Of a stretch of DNA of 64,000 nucleotides, positions 57,979 to 64,000 are shown in pieces. Each line of letters opens with the position of its first letter. The stretch's first letter is position 1. The stretch covers positions 320,001-384,000 of the forward strand of contig OZ244561.1 of NCBI GenBank assembly GCA_965217585.1, given 5' to 3'. Made by a program: the position numbers and the translations under genes. This DNA comes from Candidatus Latescibacterota bacterium (lineage in GTDB: Bacteria > Latescibacterota > UBA2968 > UBA8231). The notes below the pieces were generated by a model. That model made no database searches. It was given only the letters and a program-made list of their open reading frames with translations, and was not told the origin of the DNA.

Positions 57979-59904
57979 TTAATAGACGACTGCAATCGCG
58001 CGCGTATGGGCGAAGTCCTGCACATTGCCTTCCACCGCAACCCGGAGCAAATAGATGCCGACCGGGACGACTTGCCCCGCATGATCCCGGCCATCCCACC
58101 TTTCGCTGTACACCCCGCGGCCGCGGACCGCGCTAACGGCGTACACGCGCTGACCCGCGAGGGAAAAAATCTCTACCCGGTTGGGCAATTCCTCTAGAAT
58201 TTGGAGGACGTCGTAGCGGATTTCGATCTCGTCGTTAATGCCGTCGCCATTGGGCGAGATCACCGATGGATAGACCTCCAGAAAGGGTAGGATGGTACTC
58301 CGCGACTCCGCCGAGGTCAGGACTTGGAGCTTGTCGGTGGTCACCTGCTGGCTGGCGTTGTCCGGTAGCACCGGCTGGGGGAGTTCCTCGCTCTCGGTAT
58401 CGAAGACCTCGCCGTGAAAAAAGGTCGATTGCACCAATAGCTGGGCATTGAAGACCACCCGCAGCGAGGTCGTGGAGTCAACCCGATGCCCAGGGAAAAA
58501 CAGCGTCAGGGCCTTTGCTTCTTCCCGCACGCTATCTGGGACCACAGTGGTCAAGGCGTCTTCGCTGGGACCGATGAAAAGCTCGGTGAACTGCGGCTGC
58601 GTCGGAGTCGAAATCCGCAAGGCGTCAAACCCCACATCCCCACCAGTGACCGCGGCGCGCACGTCATAGACAAAGGGCGAGGGAACCCCTACGGGTACGA
58701 CTGCGAAGCCGCTGCTAGGGTCGGGGTCGCCCAACAGGGATATCTCGCCCACCAAGCCCTGCGCGAGGGGAGCGGCGATTTCGATCCCGAGGTCCTCGAC
58801 GCGGATCCCATCGAGGATCGACCTGCTCTCCATGACGACCCGGAACTGCACGTAACGTCGCGGGCTGGGCAGGACAACCTTGTGCCCCGATTCAGTAAAG
58901 GGGGCCGACCAGCGGCTCCAATTGATCTGGTCGTCCTCAAAGCCGGCTTGATCGTCTTTGGATAGCGCGTTGTACTCTTCCTCGGTGACGGGTGTCTGTT
59001 CATCGAGGTAGCGATTGGTGACCTCGTAGAAGGTCAGCGGGGTGTCGTCCAGCCCAGACCGCATCTGAATGGTTGCCGAGGCCATGGCCGCGGGTTCTTC
59101 CACCAAGCTATCGCCGACGACGCGGACTTTTGCAGCGCCGAAGTTCAGGGTCCCGAAATTGACGGGCGCGCCCAAGTCGATGACCTCAGAGCGATATTCG
59201 CCCCGGGGCACGAAGCCTTCGCCGTAGAGTTCGATTTCGGCAATCTCAAAGGGATTGGTGGCCGTGATGCGCAGTAGGATATAGCGAACGAAATCGAGTT
59301 CAAACTCGACGACCGAAACGCTGTCGCGGGAGAATTCCACTTTCTTTATGGGATCGCCGTAGATCGGCTGCCCGTCAGTGCCAAAGCTCAGGCCGTCGTT
59401 GACATAGAGTTCGTAGCCGCGGATATAGTCTGACCACAGCGGCTTGCCGCTGGAATCTAAGCCCGTGAGCCTTGGGTAAAAGACGATCCGGTTCAGGGGA
59501 AAGCGGCTGCCCAAATCGAGGAAGAAGCGTTTGCCGGCTTGGCTGGAGCCAAAGACCTTGAAGCGGTCTTCGGTAGAAGTGTTGGGGTCGCCATCGACGA
59601 TGGGGAGATCCGACTTTTTGAGCGGGTAATTGTTCCAGATGCGGGCATTGGAGCGGATGATGTCGAATCCATCCCGCGGTATGCCATCTACCCAAGAGAG
59701 CGTAGAGGTGATGTTTTCCCCCGGCCGAAAGCCAGCGATCTGGATGGCGTTGGGCACATCGAAATCAATGGCCGTAGAAGCCTCTGCCACGGATTTCCAG
59801 TTCCGCCCGCCGTCGTTGATTTGCCACAGCGTCACCTCAGCGCGGGCCGCGCTCCCAAGGCTCAACACCAGAACTGGCAGGCAGATTAAATGGCGTAGTC
59901 GCAT
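57979..59904 (-). CDS. Secreted protein with SPNGDG/FlgD-type C-terminal domain (paralogue 1)
   Basis: Signal peptide from ATG 59904; YRSEVIDLG, RSGLDDTP, WSRWSAP, PRRYVQ; tail ISPNGDGIND...WDGRD...GIYL...VVY. Confidence 0.75.
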   Translation of the reverse strand: MRLRHLICLPVLVLSLGSAARAEVTLWQINDGGRNWKSVAEASTAIDFDVPNAIQIAGFRPGENITSTLSWVDGIPRDGFDIIRSNARIWNNYPLKKSDLPIVDGDPNTSTEDRFKVFGSSQAGKRFFLDLGSRFPLNRIVFYPRLTGLDSSGKPLWSDYIRGYELYVNDGLSFGTDGQPIYGDPIKKVEFSRDSVSVVEFELDFVRYILLRITATNPFEIAEIELYGEGFVPRGEYRSEVIDLGAPVNFGTLNFGAAKVRVVGDSLVEEPAAMASATIQMRSGLDDTPLTFYEVTNRYLDEQTPVTEEEYNALSKDDQAGFEDDQINWSRWSAPFTESGHKVVLPSPRRYVQFRVVMESRSILDGIRVEDLGIEIAAPLAQGLVGEISLLGDPDPSSGFAVVPVGVPSPFVYDVRAAVTGGDVGFDALRISTPTQPQFTELFIGPSEDALTTVVPDSVREEAKALTLFFPGHRVDSTTSLRVVFNAQLLVQSTFFHGEVFDTESEELPQPVLPDNASQQVTTDKLQVLTSAESRSTILPFLEVYPSVISPNGDGINDEIEIRYDVLQILEELPNRVEIFSLAGQRVYAVSAVRGRGVYSERWDGRDHAGQVVPVGIYLLRVAVEGNVQDFAHTRAIAVVY

Positions 59905-59992
59905 TATCTTTTGCTTGGGTGTTGTGCCTTCGGCCGGTAAATTTGCCAAAAGCCACCACCCCAAACGACGAAGATGCCCGCCGCCGACCACC

Positions 59993-61309
59993 ATGGACCA
60001 TTGCAAACGAGATAATCGCCTCGGCTTATGTGCTGCCTTTGGGTTGCCGCTAGGGGCTGTGCTCTGTCTTGGACTTTTGTCGTTCGATTCAGACATCTAT
60101 GGCCATGCTCGGTTGCGCTGGAGCTTGTGGGGAGCTGGTTTGCTGCTCCTCGTCTGGCAGGGATGGCTTTGCGCCGCCGGGCGCAAGCCGACGATAGGTC
60201 TGCGCGTTGTTAAGGCCCACTACGTACAAGCGCTGATCCAGCTTTGCATCTACTTGTACTGGGGTTGGTACTGGCCGCCGGTCTATGAGATGGCCCAGTT
60301 GATTGCAGCGCAGATCGCATTTGCCTACGGCTTTGATGCGTTGCTCTGCTGGTCGAGAAGGCAAGAGTGGCACTTAGGCTTTCGCCCCTTCCCCATCGTG
60401 TTGAGCATGAACTTGTTTATATGGTTCAAATTCGACTGGTTCGCATTGCAGTTTCTGATGGTAGCCGCAAGCCTCGTGGGCAAGGAGTTTTTCACCTGGC
60501 GCAGGAACGGACGCTCGACGCATATATTCAACCCCTCTGGCTTTGCGCTCACCGCATTTTCCATCGCCCTGCTGGCCACTGGCAACACCGATCTTACCTG
60601 CGGCGAGACAATCGCCAAAACCCTAGCCGAACCCGAGTACATCTACATCGTGGTGTTCGCGCTCGGGCTAGTGGTCCAATGCCTCTTTTCGGTCGTGCTA
60701 ATGACCTTGGCCGCGGTGGTCGCCCTGTATGTATTAAGCTCTACCTATGGTGCCTTTTTTGGCTTTTCGTACTTCGCGGACACCAGCATTCCCATTGGAA
60801 TTTTCATCGGGCTGCACCTGCTGATGACCGATCCGGCGACTTCACCCAAGTCGGGTTTGGGGCGGTTGATCTTCGGCGCACTGTACGGCACCTGCGCCTT
60901 CGCGCTATACGGACTGCTTGGTTGGCTGGAGCAGCCGACGTTTTACGACAAGCTCCTCTGCCTACCCTTGCTCAACTTGGCGGTTCGCGCTTTCGACCGC
61001 TGCCGCTTGCCTGCGATAGAACGTTTGCGGCGCGCCCTGAGAACCAACGCAGTTCAGATCGGCGCGTGGACGGCGTTTTTCTTGTTTTTGCACTCGACGA
61101 GTTTCATCGGCAAAAAAAACCAAGAGGGGCTGGCGTTCTGGCGCGGGGCCGTGGCGCATGGCGTTTCCGCGCTCGCAGACGCCTTGAGCCCGAGCGGCGA
61201 CGAAGCGCTTAGGGCGCAGAGCGAATACCGGCGACAACTCGGCGCGACAAACCTCTTGGCGCAAACAAAACGGCCCGCAACACATTGCGGTTGCGGGCCG
61301 GAGGACTAA
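59993..61309 (+). CDS. RnfD/NqrB-like (UnbU-type) membrane protein
   Basis: Polytopic; HIFNPSGF and MTDPATSP motifs; start reassigned to ATG 59993 to avoid overlap with the divergent gene. Confidence 0.65.
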   Translation: MDHCKRDNRLGLCAAFGLPLGAVLCLGLLSFDSDIYGHARLRWSLWGAGLLLLVWQGWLCAAGRKPTIGLRVVKAHYVQALIQLCIYLYWGWYWPPVYEMAQLIAAQIAFAYGFDALLCWSRRQEWHLGFRPFPIVLSMNLFIWFKFDWFALQFLMVAASLVGKEFFTWRRNGRSTHIFNPSGFALTAFSIALLATGNTDLTCGETIAKTLAEPEYIYIVVFALGLVVQCLFSVVLMTLAAVVALYVLSSTYGAFFGFSYFADTSIPIGIFIGLHLLMTDPATSPKSGLGRLIFGALYGTCAFALYGLLGWLEQPTFYDKLLCLPLLNLAVRAFDRCRLPAIERLRRALRTNAVQIGAWTAFFLFLHSTSFIGKKNQEGLAFWRGAVAHGVSALADALSPSGDEALRAQSEYRRQLGATNLLAQTKRPATHCGCGPED

Positions 61310-61345
61310 GCGGTCTGCTCATCGACCGTCCTATCTGTACTAGCC

Positions 61346-62251
61346 TCAGCGGTTGATGTGGCTCTTGATTCTTCCCCAAGTAGTATGCTCCACAGCGGTA
61401 GCGCTGCCCTCTTCCCAACTGACGTAGGGATCGGCCATGTCCGTGGGCACCAGCAGATAGTCCGGGCAATGGTCGCCTTCGCGGTCGCACTCGTAGCTGC
61501 CGCCAACCTGCCCCCACAAATCCTGCTCGCCATTGGCTTCGCGGTCGCCGTCGTCAAAGCGGGCGTTGAAGTGGATGACCTGCTCGGGCTCCAAAACGTG
61601 CGGCGTGCTGGTTTGCGGGCCTTCAACTCCGTAGATGTCCCAGAGGTGAGTCCGCACCTCAAAGGTGTACTCGACATTGGTCGCCCACGTAACCGAACCG
61701 GCCGGGAGGATGGTCGAAGCAGCGAAGGTGTACGGCTCTTCGCCTCCCCAGTTCACAGGCCCCTGTTCCTCGTCAAACGGGGGTGCCTCGCCCCCACCGC
61801 CTAGCGGATGAAAGCCAAGGCGATAGCCGTTAATGAACTCGGATAGATAATTGCCCGAAGCGTGGTCGGCGTCGATCTGGAGCTGCAAGTAATCGTCGTT
61901 CCACCAATTCCCTTTTTCCTCTAGGGCGCGCAGCGTGTCGTCTTGAGCGCGGGCGAAGAAGTACAGGGCATTGTCCGGCGGCGGACTCCAAGCGACGAAA
62001 AAGCTGACGCTGAAGTCTTCCGGGTTGGGGTTCGGGCCTTGGTCCAAATGCTCGCCGAGCAAGGACTCAATCTGTTCGGGCTTGACGCCAAAGGAATCGG
62101 TGTCGTACCAGCCCCAATCGTCTTCCTCGCCATCGAGGACAAAGGTGGTCGGATCGGGCCAAGCGGGAATGAAGTTGGTCATGCCGTTGTGGGCAAAGGT
62201 CGGGCCGATAATAACAAACGCCAACATCATACCGAGGAGGGTGCGTACCAT
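61346..62251 (-). CDS. Secreted CBM9/DOMON-like protein with C-terminal AVExTTWGxIK tail
   Basis: Signal peptide from ATG 62251; LDGEEDDW, LYFFARAQDD, IDADHASG; ends ATAVEHTTWGRIKSHINR. Confidence 0.65.
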   Translation of the reverse strand: MVRTLLGMMLAFVIIGPTFAHNGMTNFIPAWPDPTTFVLDGEEDDWGWYDTDSFGVKPEQIESLLGEHLDQGPNPNPEDFSVSFFVAWSPPPDNALYFFARAQDDTLRALEEKGNWWNDDYLQLQIDADHASGNYLSEFINGYRLGFHPLGGGGEAPPFDEEQGPVNWGGEEPYTFAASTILPAGSVTWATNVEYTFEVRTHLWDIYGVEGPQTSTPHVLEPEQVIHFNARFDDGDREANGEQDLWGQVGGSYECDREGDHCPDYLLVPTDMADPYVSWEEGSATAVEHTTWGRIKSHINR

Positions 62252-62505
62252 CGCGATCTCCTTTATAGGTGTGGTAGTGAAAGAGATGGTCAACTGCTGA
62301 ATTTTACATCGCGGGCGATTGCAATTCAACGCGCTACGGATTACTGCGGCCTCCTTTTTTGGGGGTGGGGATTCTACTTGCTAACTTCGTCTTTAACTTT
62401 AGTCACGCCTTGTATCACGCCGCATTTTTCATTAAGTACGGATGTCGTAGCCTTTTGTCAACATTTATTTGTTCGTGCTACATCAATCAAAAAAGAGAGG
62501 CGACT

Positions 62506-63738
62506 GTGGACAAAATCAGACTGGCATTGGTCGGCTGCGGAGGCATGGGAACGCGGCATCTATACGGCCTAGGGGAACTCGCCAAAACCCCGTTTGACAA
62601 TGTAGAGCTAGTCGCCGTATGCGACATCCGGCGCGACAACGCCGAGCTGGCGGCCGCAGAAGCCGAAAAGCTCGTGGGCCAGCGGCCGGCCGTGTTCACC
62701 GACCTCGAATCCATGCACCGCGAAGTCGCCGATCTAATGGCCGTGGATGTGGTGGTGGATCCGTCGGTGCATCACGCTGTAGTCTGCCAAGCCCTCGATC
62801 TGGGGCTGCACGCGATGGTGGAAAAGCCCATGGCCATTACCATCAAGGGCTGCCAGCAGATGATAGAGGCCGCCAAACGCAACCAGCGCATCCTGTCGGT
62901 GGCGGAAAATTACCGCCGCGACCCCTCGGCGCGGCTGGTGCATCACCTGCTGGAGCAAGGGGCCATTGGCCGCCCTTACATGGCCATCTTCCACTCGCTG
63001 GCCCCGCACCGCGAAGTGTTTATCACGCCTTGGCGGCACATGAAGGATCGGGGTGGGCTACTGCTGGATCTAGGCGTCCATTTCACCGACATGATTCGCT
63101 ACCAACTCGGGGACATCAAAGAAGCCTACGGGGCCGTCGAGCTAGCCTCGCCCGTGCGCCACAAGCCCAAGGCCGTCAACTCGCCCTATGAGTTTTACCA
63201 AACCCGCTTCGCCGAGATGGAGCAGCAAGTCCACGCCACGGCCGAAGACACCTCTATGGCGATGTTTAGGATGGAGAGCGGCCTCGCGGTCAACTGGGTG
63301 GTGGGCCTAGGGGGCTACGGCTCTTGTGGTGGCGAGATCATCTTCGGATCCGAGGGAGTAATGCAGGGGTTTGGCACGCGCGGCGCTAGGGCGTGCTTGC
63401 AAAGGGCCGACGGCACAACGCTCGACCACGCCGCGCTCGTGGCTAGCGCAGAGGCGTTTGTCCTAGAGCCGCTGGCCGAGCACTTTTTCCCCGCGCGAGT
63501 CGCCGACCAAGACATCGACTGGAAACTATTGGCGCTAGAGTACTTTGAACTGGCCGAGGCCATTCTTAACGGACGGGAAATCGAGGTGGACGGGACAGAG
63601 GGCTTAAAAGACGTGGCCGCGGTGTACGCAGTTTTCGAGTCGAGCCGGCTGGGCCGGACGGTGCAGCTAAGCGAGGTGGAAAGCGGGGCTGTCTATGAAT
63701 ACCAAGCCGAAATCGACGCGGCACTGGGCATAGGCTAA
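62506..63738 (+). CDS. Gfo/Idh/MocA family oxidoreductase
   Basis: ALVGCGGMG, VEKPMA, VAENYRRDP, LDLGVH; GTG 62506 after GAGAGG. Confidence 0.92.
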   Translation: MDKIRLALVGCGGMGTRHLYGLGELAKTPFDNVELVAVCDIRRDNAELAAAEAEKLVGQRPAVFTDLESMHREVADLMAVDVVVDPSVHHAVVCQALDLGLHAMVEKPMAITIKGCQQMIEAAKRNQRILSVAENYRRDPSARLVHHLLEQGAIGRPYMAIFHSLAPHREVFITPWRHMKDRGGLLLDLGVHFTDMIRYQLGDIKEAYGAVELASPVRHKPKAVNSPYEFYQTRFAEMEQQVHATAEDTSMAMFRMESGLAVNWVVGLGGYGSCGGEIIFGSEGVMQGFGTRGARACLQRADGTTLDHAALVASAEAFVLEPLAEHFFPARVADQDIDWKLLALEYFELAEAILNGREIEVDGTEGLKDVAAVYAVFESSRLGRTVQLSEVESGAVYEYQAEIDAALGIG

Positions 63739-63750
63739 CAGGAGGCCAAC

Positions 63751-64000
63751 ATGAACAAACTCACCGACAAGGTCGCGCTAGTGACCGGTGCCGGCCGCGG
63801 CCTAGGGCGATCGTACGCATTGCGCTTGGCAAAGCTCGGGGCCGCTGTAGTGATCAACGACGTCAACCTAGCCTCGGCCAAGCAATACGACGAGAAGCTG
63901 AGCGCGGACACGGTCGTCGACGAAATCCGCAACCTCGGCTGCCGCTCCCTCGGCATAGAGGCCGACGTGTCGCAAAAGGCCGCTGCCGCCGAGGTCGTCA
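63751..64000 (+). CDS. Short-chain dehydrogenase/reductase, 5' part (runs off the window)
   Basis: MNKLTDKVALVTGAGRGLGRSYALRLAKLGAAVVIND; AGGAGG RBS. Confidence 0.9.
   Translation, partial: MNKLTDKVALVTGAGRGLGRSYALRLAKLGAAVVINDVNLASAKQYDEKLSADTVVDEIRNLGCRSLGIEADVSQKAAAAEVV

Noticed and set aside
59630-60096. Apparent 467-bp overlap of divergent ORFs 57979..60096 and 59630..61309
   Set aside because: Disappears with the more plausible starts at 59904 and 59993
1-64000. CRISPR array, rRNA or tRNA genes
   Set aside because: No equally spaced 25-40 bp direct repeats with unique spacers and no recognisable structural RNA; the only long repeat array is WD40 coding sequence

Overview
GC-rich bacterial window. 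The gene content (DUF6785/6784-type membrane proteins, PhyH dioxygenase, high-identity WD40 repeats, FlgD/T9SS-like C-terminal domains, a C-terminal TTWGxIK tail) suggests an FCB-group organism such as Latescibacterota, possibly host-associated; this is inference only. The backbone is sugar/small-molecule uptake and catabolism (two ABC systems, epimerases, Gfo/Idh/MocA oxidoreductases, two gamma-glutamyltransferases, an enolase-superfamily dehydratase) plus a cluster of large secreted paralogues with a putative beta-barrel and a lipoprotein. It is interrupted by single cargo genes and a 12-kb defence island (hsdR without hsdM or an intact hsdS, two OLD-like ATPase-TOPRIM nucleases, toxin-antitoxin remnants, IS630 and IS5 insertions). 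The main unexplained signal is that many cargo genes are bracketed by 16-150 bp diverged copies or stubs of neighbouring gene termini, several forming in-frame mini-ORFs, with no integrase in the window. Also found: a UxxC selenoprotein with a SECIS-like hairpin that the ORF track splits, a MITE, and a promoter-terminator unit that could be a small RNA. No rRNA, tRNA or CRISPR array was seen. All family assignments come from motif recognition, not database searches, and identities were counted by eye.
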